From positions 3,576 to 67,575 of the forward strand of contig JACKLF010000004.1 of NCBI GenBank assembly GCA_024236055.1: a stretch of DNA of 64,000 nucleotides. Direction: 5' to 3'. Source of the DNA: Alphaproteobacteria bacterium (GTDB lineage: Bacteria; Pseudomonadota; Alphaproteobacteria; Micropepsales; Micropepsaceae). Below, piece after piece: positions 52,587-62,057 of the stretch (position 1 is its first letter; each line of letters starts with the position of its first letter). The position numbers and the translations under genes were made by a program. The notes beneath the pieces were generated by a model, which ran no database searches, had not been told where the DNA came from, and saw only the letters and a program-made list of their open reading frames with translations.

Positions 52587-53690
52587 TTATTTGGACTTGT
52601 CCAAGGACTTGAGAATCGCGTCGGTCATGGCAGTGGTGCCCACCTTGGTCATGCCCGGCTGCATGATGTCGCCGGTGCGATAGCCTTCGGCCAGCACGCT
52701 GTCGACCGCCTTTTCCAGCTTGGTCGCCTCGTCCTTCAGGCCGAACGAATAGCGCAGGCACATGGCGAAGGACAGGATGGAGGCGATGGGATTGGCCAGG
52801 CCCTGGCCGGCAATGTCCGGCGCGCTGCCATGGATCGGCTCGTACAGCGCCGACGGCAGGCCATTCTCCTTCTTGTCGCCCAGCGAGGCCGACGGCAGCA
52901 TGCCGATCGAGCCGGTCAGCTGCGCCGCCTCGTCCGACAGCACGTCGCCGAACAGGTTGTCGGTCACCAGCACGTCGAACTGCTTGGGATTGCGCACAAG
53001 CTGCATCGCGGCGTTGTCGGCCAGGATGTGGTGCAGCTCGACATCGGCATATTCGCGCTTGTGCAGGTCGGTGACGACTTCCTTCCACAGCACGCCGGTG
53101 ACCATCACGTTGGATTTTTCGGCGCTGTGCACCTTGTTGCCGCGCAGGCGCGCCATTTCGAAGGCGACGCGGCAGACCCGCTCGATCTCGCTGGTGGTAT
53201 AGACGCCGGTATCGACAGCGCGCTTCTGGCCGTCTTCCAGGGTGGTGGTTTCCTTGGGCAGGCCGAAATAAACGCCGCCCATCAGCTCGCGCACGATCAG
53301 GATGTCTAGACCCGAAACGATTTCCGGCTTCAGGGTCGAGGCATCCTTCAGCGCATCGAAGCACAGCGCGGGCCTGAGGTTGGCATAGACGCCCATGTCC
53401 TTGCGCACGCGCAAAAGCCCGCGCTCGGCGCGCTTCTCGAACGGCAGTCCATCCCACTTGGGTCCGCCGACCGAACCCATCAGCACCGCATCGGCAGCGA
53501 CCGCCTTCACGAAGGTCTCATCCGGATCGGGGCGGCCAACCGCGTCGATCGCCGCGCCGCCCAGCAGGGCCTCCTCGGTCTGATAGGGCAGGCCCTTCTG
53601 GCCATACCAGCCGACCACGCGCATGGTCGCGTCCAGCACTTCGGGACCGATACCGTCACCCGGCAACAGGAGGAGCTTGTATTCGTTCAT
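52587..53690 (-). CDS. leuB: 3-isopropylmalate dehydrogenase
   Basis: [59 protein letters not shown]. Confidence 0.97.
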   Translation of the reverse strand: MNEYKLLLLPGDGIGPEVLDATMRVVGWYGQKGLPYQTEEALLGGAAIDAVGRPDPDETFVKAVAADAVLMGSVGGPKWDGLPFEKRAERGLLRVRKDMGVYANLRPALCFDALKDASTLKPEIVSGLDILIVRELMGGVYFGLPKETTTLEDGQKRAVDTGVYTTSEIERVCRVAFEMARLRGNKVHSAEKSNVMVTGVLWKEVVTDLHKREYADVELHHILADNAAMQLVRNPKQFDVLVTDNLFGDVLSDEAAQLTGSIGMLPSASLGDKKENGLPSALYEPIHGSAPDIAGQGLANPIASILSFAMCLRYSFGLKDEATKLEKAVDSVLAEGYRTGDIMQPGMTKVGTTAMTDAILKSLDKSK

Positions 53691-53724
53691 TGGGAAAATC
53701 CGTCTTTGGGCAGTGTGTCGGCGA

Positions 53725-54330
53725 TCAGAGCCAGGGCTGCTGGGCCGTATGCGTCTTTTCGTAAGACGCGATCTTGTCCTCGGTGCGCATGGTCAGGCCG
53801 ATATCGTCCCAGCCGTTCAGCAGGCACTGCTTCTTGAAGGCGTCGACCTCGAACTTGATCGTGCCGCCGTCGGGGCCTTTGATCTCCTGCGCTTCCAGGT
53901 CGATGGTGATCACGGCATTGGCGCCGCGCTCGGCATCGTCCATCAGCTTGTCGACATCCGACTGGGGCAGCTTGATCGGCAGGATGCCGTTCTTGAAGCA
54001 GTTGCCATAGAAGATGTCGGCGAAGCTGGGCGCGATCACCGCGCGGATGCCGAAATCCAGCAGCGCCCAGGGGGCATGCTCGCGGCTGGAGCCGCAGCCG
54101 AAATTGTCGCCCGCCACCAGGATCTGCGCCTTGCGATAGGCCGGCTTGTTCAGCACGAAATCCGGCTTCTCGCTGCCGTCGGCATTGTGGCGCAGCTCGT
54201 CGAACAGCGCCTTGCCCAGCCCGGTGCGCTGGATGGTCTTCAGATACTGTTTGGGGATGATCATGTCGGTGTCGACATTGATCATGTTCAGCGGGGCCGC
54301 GACCCCTTCGAGCTTTTTGAATGGTTCCAT
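53725..54330 (-). CDS. leuD: 3-isopropylmalate dehydratase small subunit
   Basis: [38 protein letters not shown]; ATG 54330. Confidence 0.97.
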   Translation of the reverse strand: MEPFKKLEGVAAPLNMINVDTDMIIPKQYLKTIQRTGLGKALFDELRHNADGSEKPDFVLNKPAYRKAQILVAGDNFGCGSSREHAPWALLDFGIRAVIAPSFADIFYGNCFKNGILPIKLPQSDVDKLMDDAERGANAVITIDLEAQEIKGPDGGTIKFEVDAFKKQCLLNGWDDIGLTMRTEDKIASYEKTHTAQQPWL

Positions 54331-54446
54331 GGCGGGCCGGACCATAGTCCATTCCGCGCAAAAGAAAATAGCTGATTTGCCGCGGAAAACCGCCATTTCC
54401 GGCCGTCCCGGACCCCGGATCGGGGCGGGACGGCCGGATCAGGCGA

Positions 54447-55742
54447 TTACAGTTCCGGGGCTGCGGCCACCTCGGCCAGCTTGCGCCCGGCATCGATGCG
54501 GCTGAACAGCAGGGCGCCGGCGATGCAGAAGCCGGTCACCACATAGAAGGCCGCGCTCCAGCCATAGGCGGCGACGATGAAGCCGGTCACGGTGGTCACG
54601 ATCGCCCCGCCGACATTGCCCAGCGTGTTCATCACCGCCGAGCAGGACCCGGCAAAGCTGCCGCCGATGTCCAGCGTCACCGCCCAGGCATTGCCCACCA
54701 CCAGCTCCAGCCCGAACACGCCAATGCCGAACATCGCCGCGGTGGCATAGGGGCCGTCCATGTGCACGCCCAAGGGAATGAAGACGGCGGCGATCAGGAA
54801 ACCGACCATCGCCACGCTCTGGCGGGCGAACTTGATGCGCCCGGTCCGGTGGATGATCAGGTCCGACAGAACCCCGCCCATGATATCGCCGACCACGGCG
54901 GCGGCCAGGGTCAGGCTGGTGAACAGACCCATCTGCGCCAGGTCATAGCCGCGCTCGGCGTTCAGGTATTTGGGATACCAGGCCAGGAACATGTTCAGGC
55001 TGTAGCCATAGCAGAAATACATCGCAGCCACGGTCCACATCTGGCGGCTGGACAGGATCAGCTTCCACGGAATGGACACCGCCTTCTTGGGCGCGGTGCC
55101 CAGCGCCGCCTCGATCCGCGCGCGCTCGGCCGCGTTGATGCCGTGATGCTCCCGCGGCAGGTCGCGGTAATAGCCGTACCAGAACACCGCCCACAGCACG
55201 CCCACCGCACCGAACAGCCAGAAGGGGACATGCCAGCTATAGGCGCCGATCAGGCTGGCGACCAAAAGCGGCGTGGCGGCGCCCGCCAGGCGCGAACCGG
55301 CATGGGTTGTGCCCTGGGCGAAGCCGCGCTCGGACGGCAGCATCCAGCGCGACAGCGCGCGGTTGGAAATGGGAAAGGCGCCCGCCTCGCCCATGCCGAC
55401 CAGGAACAGGCAGACCGCCAGCATGGTGGTGGAGGCCGAAAAGCCCGCCAGGAAGGTAAAGGCCGACCACCAGGTCACCACACAGGCCAGCGCGATGCGC
55501 GGGCCCATCCGGTCGCCGAACCAGCCGCCGGGAATCTGGAACAGGGCATAGGCCCAGGCATAGGCGGACATGATCACGCCCGCGGTGCCGATATCGAATC
55601 CGAACTCCTGCTGGATGACCGGCATGGCGTTCGAAATCAGGACGCGGTCCAGATAGGTGACGAAATAGGCCAGCACCACCAGGCCCAGAATCTTGTGGCG
55701 TACGCGCGTCGGCTTCATGCCGGCGTCAGCGGTAGTCGACAT
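54447..55742 (-). CDS. MFS transporter, ACS (sugar-acid) family
   Basis: YLDR, YALFQIPGGWFGDRMGPR, GEAGAFP, W.LPSERG, MNTLGNVGG. Confidence 0.88.
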   Translation of the reverse strand: MSTTADAGMKPTRVRHKILGLVVLAYFVTYLDRVLISNAMPVIQQEFGFDIGTAGVIMSAYAWAYALFQIPGGWFGDRMGPRIALACVVTWWSAFTFLAGFSASTTMLAVCLFLVGMGEAGAFPISNRALSRWMLPSERGFAQGTTHAGSRLAGAATPLLVASLIGAYSWHVPFWLFGAVGVLWAVFWYGYYRDLPREHHGINAAERARIEAALGTAPKKAVSIPWKLILSSRQMWTVAAMYFCYGYSLNMFLAWYPKYLNAERGYDLAQMGLFTSLTLAAAVVGDIMGGVLSDLIIHRTGRIKFARQSVAMVGFLIAAVFIPLGVHMDGPYATAAMFGIGVFGLELVVGNAWAVTLDIGGSFAGSCSAVMNTLGNVGGAIVTTVTGFIVAAYGWSAAFYVVTGFCIAGALLFSRIDAGRKLAEVAAAPEL

Positions 55743-55834
55743 TTGGCGGTTCTCCCCTTTTGCGTTCGGCGCGGGACACCGTCTGGCCTCCCGCGCCGTT
55801 CGCAATTGTTGAGATCACGAAACCTCGTGATCCG

Positions 55835-57274
55835 TCAGTATGGCATGTCCGGAACATTGTCCGGCCGCTTCTGGCAGCTTTCTTCCGGCCGGTCGCGGCA
55901 GGCTTCCCAGACGGTGGGAATGGAATTGCCGGCGATATAGACGCTGTTGATGGTCTCGGTGTTGCGGATGTCCTTCAGCGGGTCCTTGTCCAGCACCAGA
56001 AGGTCGGCCCACTTGCCGTCGGCGATGGTGCCGATCATCGGGTCCTTCAGCCACTTGGCGTTCTCGCTGGTGGCCGACATGATCGCCTGCATCGGCGTGC
56101 GGCCGGCCAGGACTTCCAGGTACATTTCCTCATGGGCGTTGAAGCCGGGGAAGCGGCCATTGGGACCGGAGTCGGTGCCCATGCCCATCTTCACGCCCGC
56201 CTCGGCCATGGCTTCATAGTTTTCCATGGCCTGGAACAGGGTGCGGTCCATGTCATAGAAGACCTTCTTCTTGTAGGGCAGGCCCGGGAACATGGTGTCG
56301 CCCAGGATGATCTGCTTCTCGCGTGCCGGGCTCTTGAGCGCCTCCAGCGTGCCGGGCGTGACGCCACGGGTGAAGAAGGGATCGTTCAGCCAGGGCATCA
56401 CCGCCAGGCTGTAGGCCATTTCGCGCGACAGGGTGGAGGAGACCATCCACACGCCCTTGGCCTTCATCATGTCCAGCAGCTCTTTGTCCACCGGCTGGTC
56501 GCGCACCATGTGGGCGAAACCGTCGATGCCCTGGCGCACCAGTTCCTTGGCGTCCTTCAGGTAGAAGACATGCGCAACGGCGCGCAGGCCCTTCTTGTGC
56601 GCTTCGTCGATGACGGCGGCGCTGACATTGTAGGGCATCTTGACCGGGATGGTGTCGCGCTCGTCGTCCATCCAGAGCTTGATGAAGTTGACGCCCTTGG
56701 CGGCCTGTTCGTCGACCGCCTTGCGCGCCTCTTCCGGCGTGGCGACCGGGTTGTTCAGCCCGTACACGCCGCCATAGCCGCCCTTGTAGACGATGCCCTG
56801 GCCGGCGGTGAACAGCCGCGCGTAATGGGGGCGGCCCGCCCGCTCATGGTTGCGGATGCCGAAGATCATGTCCTTGTCGGTGCCCAGGATCTGCACGGCG
56901 GTCACGCCGTAGCGGGCATACTGGGTCAGGTCGTCGACGACGTTCTTGCCGGTGTAGTACTTAATGTCCTGGGTCACGTCATGCATGATGCCGACATGGA
57001 CATGGCTGTCGATGATGCCGGGCATGACATACTTGCCGCTCAGGTCGATGGTCTTTGCGCCTTCGGGGGCTTTGAGGCCGGACATGGCGCCGACATAGGC
57101 GATCTTGCCGTCGGTCATCACGATGGCCGAGTCGGGCTGGGGCGCAGCCCCCGTGCCGTCGATCACGGTGACATTCGTCAGCACGGTGGATTCGGCCAGG
57201 GCGGGCGAGGCCGCCATCAGGGCGGTCATGGCGCCAGCAGCCAGCGCACCGGCGGCGATCTTCAAGCGAAACAT
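55835..57274 (-). CDS. Secreted metal-dependent amidohydrolase
   Basis: Sec signal MFRLKIAAG..ALA-E; VIDGTG, PGIIDSHVH, IKLW, AH, AH, GTDSG, GKWADLLVL. Confidence 0.88.
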   Translation of the reverse strand: MFRLKIAAGALAAGAMTALMAASPALAESTVLTNVTVIDGTGAAPQPDSAIVMTDGKIAYVGAMSGLKAPEGAKTIDLSGKYVMPGIIDSHVHVGIMHDVTQDIKYYTGKNVVDDLTQYARYGVTAVQILGTDKDMIFGIRNHERAGRPHYARLFTAGQGIVYKGGYGGVYGLNNPVATPEEARKAVDEQAAKGVNFIKLWMDDERDTIPVKMPYNVSAAVIDEAHKKGLRAVAHVFYLKDAKELVRQGIDGFAHMVRDQPVDKELLDMMKAKGVWMVSSTLSREMAYSLAVMPWLNDPFFTRGVTPGTLEALKSPAREKQIILGDTMFPGLPYKKKVFYDMDRTLFQAMENYEAMAEAGVKMGMGTDSGPNGRFPGFNAHEEMYLEVLAGRTPMQAIMSATSENAKWLKDPMIGTIADGKWADLLVLDKDPLKDIRNTETINSVYIAGNSIPTVWEACRDRPEESCQKRPDNVPDMPY

Positions 57275-57594
57275 CTTCTGCGAACTCCCATTGCTGTGGC
57301 CGCCATCCGCGAAAGACGGCGGTTCCGCGAAGCCTGGAATCCCAAGCCCGCCTATCGACCTGACGTGTCTGCCGAATCCGCTTCCCTCCCCCGGCCCTCG
57401 CTCCCTTTGCGGGATGTCCTGATGGTCCGAAGGGGCATGCCCCGGAAAACACCGGAAGAATGCCGCAAAACTCGCGCCGGACCTTAGCGAACGGTCTGGC
57501 GAAAAAAAAGCGATAAGCGCTTCGCTGCACTGCGGTATGCCGCATTGCGGAATCATGGCGCGGCAGCTTTGCGACACTGGCGGAAAAAACGACG

Positions 57595-57627
57595 AAAAAA
57601 ATGCCGCCTTCGGATGAAGGCGGCACC
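57595..57627 (-). terminator. Orphan Rho-independent terminator on the minus strand
   Basis: Minus strand TGCCGCCTTC-ATCC-GAAGGCGGCA followed by a T run. Confidence 0.75.
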
Positions 57628-57795
57628 GATGCGGACGGGTTGATCCCGACTTGTACTTTATTCCCCTCGGGCGCCGGCGGTTATGCCCGCCATGCGGCTT
57701 CGGCTCATCACCGAAAGAATTTCGCCAACCCTTTGATGCGGCGTTCCTTCCTCTTTCCCCGATCGGCGGTCTTGCGCCGTCCTTTGTTATTGTGC
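57595..57795 (-). ncRNA. Candidate small RNA or 5' leader
   Basis: Ends in a strong terminator with no credible CDS upstream on that strand; several small hairpins and purine-rich tracts; 5' end is a guess. Confidence 0.4.
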
Positions 57796-57977
57796 GCACG
57801 CGCCCAAAGGCCCTGTGTGCATGGCAAGTTTATGACAGCGTCCAGAGCAAAACAATCAAGAGCGCGAATGCTGCAACGCGGCAGCGCCCGGCCTGCAATG
57901 AGGCGCGGCATTTTGTTCTGCATCCCGATCCGGCTAACTTGCGCGCGCGCCAACAACAACAACAGGGGACGCGCATC

Positions 57978-58835
57978 ATGCAGAACATCACACCCGCCCG
58001 CTATTCGCGCCGCGCCGTCACCGCCGGACTGGCCGCGGCCTGCGCCCTGCCCGCCACGCCCGCCTTCGCCGCCGACCCGGTGATTCCCGCCGCCACCATC
58101 GCCGCGCGCCGTAACGCCCCCGTCATCGCCAGAAAGGTGAACCGGCTGTTCAACCTGCGTCCCCAGGTGATGGAGCCCAACGACCTGCAATTTTCCCCCG
58201 ACGGCAAGCTGTGGGTGCTGGACCAGAAGGACCCTAACAAGGTTTTCACGATCGACCCCGCCAACGGCGCGGTGCTGGCCGATGTGCAGACCGAATGCAT
58301 TCACGGCAGCGGCATCACCTATGGCGACGGCGCCTGGTTCCTGACCTCGACCAAGGTGCTGGTGGGCAAGCCTTCCACCCTGAAGGTCGATCCCAGGACA
58401 GGCGCGACCTTGAAGAAATGGGAAACCCCCGGCTGGGGCATCTATGGCGCCTATACCCGCCGGGTGCGAAAGCCCGGCGACCTGCCGCTGGAATCGGGGG
58501 GCCATGGCCTGAAATGGGCGGGCAAGGACAAGTATTGGATGGCGGTCCCCGCCAGCGGCAAGCTGTTCCTGATGAATGCCGAGGAAGGCACCGTCGCCCA
58601 TTCCATCCAGGCCCCCACCATCCGCACCCACGGCATTGCGCTGGACGGCGATCACATCTGGTGCGTCGGCTCGGACGAGGCGGAAATCTACAAGCTGCGC
58701 ATGTCGGACGGCGGCATCGTCGGCCGAATCGTGCTGGACAGGCAGAACGACCCGTCCGTACACGGGCTGGACATTAAAGACGGCGTCCTGTGGTATTGCG
58801 ACGCGAACAAGGGCTGGGTCTGCAACCTGACCTGA
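57978..58835 (+). CDS. Tat-exported beta-propeller protein of unknown function
   Basis: YSRRAV..AFA signal; repeated blades (GITYGDGAWF, HGLKWAG, HGIALDGDHIW, HGLDIKDGVLW); RBS AGGGG. Confidence 0.75.
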   Translation: MQNITPARYSRRAVTAGLAAACALPATPAFAADPVIPAATIAARRNAPVIARKVNRLFNLRPQVMEPNDLQFSPDGKLWVLDQKDPNKVFTIDPANGAVLADVQTECIHGSGITYGDGAWFLTSTKVLVGKPSTLKVDPRTGATLKKWETPGWGIYGAYTRRVRKPGDLPLESGGHGLKWAGKDKYWMAVPASGKLFLMNAEEGTVAHSIQAPTIRTHGIALDGDHIWCVGSDEAEIYKLRMSDGGIVGRIVLDRQNDPSVHGLDIKDGVLWYCDANKGWVCNLT

Positions 58836-58873
58836 TCACGGCAACGACAATCATTTTGATATAGGGGGACGAC

Positions 58874-60127
58874 ATGGATCGCCGCAAATTCTTGGGCAAT
58901 GCGGGCGCGGCAGGACTGATGGGAGGCGCGGCGCTGTGGTCGGCGCCGGACGCCTTTGCCCTGGGCCTGCCCAAGGACAAGATCAAGCGCATCCGCTACT
59001 ACAAGACCCCGACCGATGCGGCGGGCCGTCCCAATATCCACCAGCCGACCTTCAACCAGTCGACCAACATCGTCACCATCGAGACCGAAAGCGGGCTGAT
59101 GGGCGTGGGCGAAGGCGGCGAGCCCAGCACCATGGAACAGTGCGCCGGGCTTCTGATCGGCGAGGACCCCTTCCGCACCGAACATCTGTGGCAGGTGATG
59201 GAGCGCGCCTATTTCTATCCGGCAGGCCGCGAAAAGACCCATTCGCTGGGCGCGCTGGACGTGGCGCTGTGGGACCTGAAGGGCAAGGCGCTGGGCGTGC
59301 CGGTGTGGCAGCTTCTGGGCGGCAAGAGCCGCGACCATGTCGAATGCTATGCCACCGGCTATCCCACGCCCAAGGGCGGCACGATCGAGGACGCCGCGCG
59401 CGCCTGCGTCGAGGCGGGCTTCCGCGCCTTCCGCACCGGCGTGTCCGAATCGGTGGAGTTCGACCGCTTCCGCGCCGTCGAGCAGACGATCGAGCAGTGC
59501 AAGCTGATCCGCAAGGGCGTGGGCAAGGACGGCGCCTGGGCCATCGACTTCCACGGCACCATGGACCCGGAAGACGCCATCACCCTGGCCACCGCGCTGG
59601 AGCCGCTGCGGCCCTTCTTCTGCGAGGACCTGATCCGCGGCGAAAACACCGAAATCTACAAGGTGCTGCGCCCGCGCCTGCGCGTGCCGATCGCGGTGGG
59701 CGAAATCTATGGCGTGAAGTGGGAAATCGCCCCGCTGATCGAACAGAACCTGATCGACTTCGCCCGCTGCACCGTACCGAACGTTGGCGGCATCACCGAA
59801 TACATGAAGATCGCCGCCCTGGCCGAGACGCATTATTGCGGCCTGATCCCGCATTTCACCGGCCCCATCGGCGAGACCGCGCTGGTGCACTGCCTGACCG
59901 CGACTTCGGTGGTGGCGCTGATGGAGATGACGGGTGCGGGCCGGCGCCCCTGGCCGTACCTGCCGGAAGCCTACGACTTCCATGACGGCAAGCTGTGGCC
60001 CAACGACCGCCCCGGCCTGGGCGTGACGCTGGATACCTCCAAGCTGCAGATGGTGGGCGACTGGACCGAGCATTATGCGCCCATCCAGATCAATCACCGC
60101 CCGGATGGCAGTTACACCAACTGGTAA
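58874..60127 (+). CDS. Mandelate racemase/enolase superfamily acid-sugar dehydratase (DgoD-like) with Tat signal
   Basis: MDRRKFLG; ALDVALWDLKGKALGVPVWQLLGG; IDFHG, CED, VGE metal ligands; GGITE. Confidence 0.88.
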   Translation: MDRRKFLGNAGAAGLMGGAALWSAPDAFALGLPKDKIKRIRYYKTPTDAAGRPNIHQPTFNQSTNIVTIETESGLMGVGEGGEPSTMEQCAGLLIGEDPFRTEHLWQVMERAYFYPAGREKTHSLGALDVALWDLKGKALGVPVWQLLGGKSRDHVECYATGYPTPKGGTIEDAARACVEAGFRAFRTGVSESVEFDRFRAVEQTIEQCKLIRKGVGKDGAWAIDFHGTMDPEDAITLATALEPLRPFFCEDLIRGENTEIYKVLRPRLRVPIAVGEIYGVKWEIAPLIEQNLIDFARCTVPNVGGITEYMKIAALAETHYCGLIPHFTGPIGETALVHCLTATSVVALMEMTGAGRRPWPYLPEAYDFHDGKLWPNDRPGLGVTLDTSKLQMVGDWTEHYAPIQINHRPDGSYTNW

Positions 60128-60138
60128 TCACCGATCTC

Positions 60139-60166
60139 AAGGCCCGCCTCGTGCGGGCCTTTTTTT
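60139..60166 (+). terminator. Rho-independent terminator between convergent genes
   Basis: AAGGCCCGC-CTCGT-GCGGGCCTT followed by a T run. Confidence 0.8.
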
Positions 60167-60786
60167 CAGGCCGCCCGGAATGCCGCCACGCATCTGGCCG
60201 CGCGCGCGGCGATGTCTTCGTCGGTGAAGTCCGGCTTGAACAGTTCACTGCCCAGGCCGAAGCCCGCTGCGCCGGCCTTTTTCCATTCCGCCATGTTGGC
60301 CGCGCCCACGCCGCCCACCGCATAGACCGGCACGGATTTGGGGATCACCGCCAGCATCGCCTTCATGTGATCGATGCCGCCGGTGGAGGCGGGAAACAGT
60401 TTCAGCGTCTTGGCGCCCGCCGCGATGGCGGCGAAGCCTTCCGACGGCGTATAGAAGCCTGGCATCACCGTCATGTCCCGTTCCACGCCATGGGCGATGA
60501 CCGCCGGATTGGTGTTGGGCGTCACCAGCAGCTTGCCGCCGGCATCGGCCACCCGGTCCACATCCACCACCGTCAGCACCGTGCCCGCCCCCGTCAGGCA
60601 ACGCTCGCCGAATTCCCTGGCCAGCAGGCCGATGCTCTTGAACGGCTCGGGCGAATTGAGCGGCACCTCGATGGCGCGGATACCCGCGCCATACAGCGCC
60701 TCGGCCACGCCCAGCACGCGATCAGGGGAGACCCCGCGCAGGATGGCGACGATGGGCAGTTCTGCCAGAAGCTCTTCAGGGTTCAT
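60166..60786 (-). CDS. dgoA: 2-dehydro-3-deoxy-6-phosphogalactonate aldolase
   Basis: IVAILRG, IEVPLNSP, GAGTV, TPSE, LKLFPA, AVGGV; coupled to dgoK. Confidence 0.92.
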   Translation of the reverse strand: MNPEELLAELPIVAILRGVSPDRVLGVAEALYGAGIRAIEVPLNSPEPFKSIGLLAREFGERCLTGAGTVLTVVDVDRVADAGGKLLVTPNTNPAVIAHGVERDMTVMPGFYTPSEGFAAIAAGAKTLKLFPASTGGIDHMKAMLAVIPKSVPVYAVGGVGAANMAEWKKAGAAGFGLGSELFKPDFTDEDIAARAARCVAAFRAA

Positions 60787-61691
60787 CGGTTCAGTTCCGC
60801 ATGTATCTGCACCAGGCCGGCAAGCGCGGCGGCGTCGCCATCGATGGTGCTGGCGCCCACACCATAAAAGCCCAGCGCCCGCGCATAAAGCGCCGCCAGC
60901 AGGGGCGAGCAGACCAAAGGCACCTGCCCCGGCGCATACAGCGCCAGCGCCGCGCCCACATCCGCCCCCACGATCAGCCCCGACAGATAGGACGCCGCAT
61001 CGGTCTTTGGCATCGTGCCCGTCACCACCCGGCTGCGGGTGGAAAACAGCAGATGCAGCAGTCCGGATTTTTCATTCTCCCGCGCCGTTGTCAGCCCCAG
61101 CGCGAAAGCCTCGCTGGCCGGATCGACCGCCCCGCCATCGCGCGCCAGCACTGAATGACGCGACAAAAGCTCGAACAGCTCGCCTGACAGCGCGGTCTGA
61201 AAGCCGGTCACCGCCCCGTCCTCAAGCCGGACCCATTTGACATGGGTGCCGGGCATGCACAGCAGGTGCCGCCCGCTCGCCAGTTCGGGGTTCAGCCTGA
61301 GTGCCCCCAGGATCTGCACTTCCTCGCCGCGCATCACATCGGGCGCGCCCGCCGCATTGGCGCATTTCAGGCCCGGGGCGATGGCAATGGGCCGCTCCTC
61401 CGCCTGGAAGCGCAGCGACGCGCCCGCGACGGCCCCCGGCCGGGCCGGGCATTCCAGATAGGGGACTTCCTTCCAGCCGATGGTCGATCCCACCATGCCG
61501 CCCAAAACGGCGGGCAACTTGCCGTATGCGCGGTCCCAATCGGCCACGGCGGCGGCAAAGCGCCCGGCGCAGTCGGGCACCGAAGCCCCCTCGCCCTCGC
61601 GCCGGTCCAGCACCGCCCCGTCCGCCGCGCACAGATAGAGCCTGAGGCGGCTTGTGCCCCAGTCGCCCGCGATGAATGCCGCATTTGTCAT
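60783..61691 (-). CDS. dgoK: 2-dehydro-3-deoxygalactonokinase
   Basis: DWGTSRLR, GMVGS..GW.E.PY, DVMRGEEVQ, PGTHVKW, YLSGLIVG. Confidence 0.93.
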   Translation of the reverse strand: MTNAAFIAGDWGTSRLRLYLCAADGAVLDRREGEGASVPDCAGRFAAAVADWDRAYGKLPAVLGGMVGSTIGWKEVPYLECPARPGAVAGASLRFQAEERPIAIAPGLKCANAAGAPDVMRGEEVQILGALRLNPELASGRHLLCMPGTHVKWVRLEDGAVTGFQTALSGELFELLSRHSVLARDGGAVDPASEAFALGLTTARENEKSGLLHLLFSTRSRVVTGTMPKTDAASYLSGLIVGADVGAALALYAPGQVPLVCSPLLAALYARALGFYGVGASTIDGDAAALAGLVQIHAELNR

Positions 61692-61792
61692 GGCCGCTCT
61701 TCTAGCCAAGGCCCGCGGCCTTGTCGAACGAACCGGAACCACCCCGCCCCCGGCCGGTTACGTTCCGTGAAGCCTTCCGGCAGGAGGAACCG

Positions 61793-62041
61793 ATGGCCAC
61801 CAGGAAGAAGCGCAAATATTCCAAGACCGCCCAGCGCAAGGTCAAAAAGGCGCTGCATGAGCGCAAGAAGGGCACGCTGAAAAGCGGCTCGGGCAAAAAG
61901 GTGAAAAGCCGCAAGCAGGCCATCGCCATTGGCCTGTCCGAGGCGCGCGAAGCCGGGGCCCGCGTCCCTAAGAAACAAAGCGCCCCGAAAAAGAAAACCG
62001 CCAAGAAGAAAAACACCAGGAAGAAATCGGCGAAGAAATAA
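61793..62041 (+). CDS. Small Lys-rich protein (DUF6496-like)
   Basis: RBS AGGAGG; GTLKSGSGKKVKSRKQAIAIGLSEAREAG. Confidence 0.8.
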   Translation: MATRKKRKYSKTAQRKVKKALHERKKGTLKSGSGKKVKSRKQAIAIGLSEAREAGARVPKKQSAPKKKTAKKKNTRKKSAKK

Positions 62042-62057
62042 CGCCTATTCCGGCACC

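Noticed and set aside
52408-52675. leuB repeat pair as a diversity-generating retroelement TR/VR
   Set aside because: Mismatches are not adenine-specific, are mostly synonymous, and no reverse transcriptase is present.
52408-53457. 349-aa ORF ending in the LeuB-like tail, as a programmed frameshift product
   Set aside because: Its upstream part is an off-frame read of leuB with no slippery site that I could see; the tail is explained by the duplication.
54398-54438. GC-rich hairpin between the MFS gene and leuD as a leucine attenuator
   Set aside because: No Leu-rich leader peptide; it sits just after the MFS stop and is more simply a terminator or stabilising stem.
57275-57799. N-terminal extensions of the amidohydrolase (to 57799) and the beta-propeller (from 57651) in the ORF track
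   Set aside because: Signal peptides and ribosome-binding sites place the starts at 57274 and 57978; the extensions overlap each other and look non-coding.
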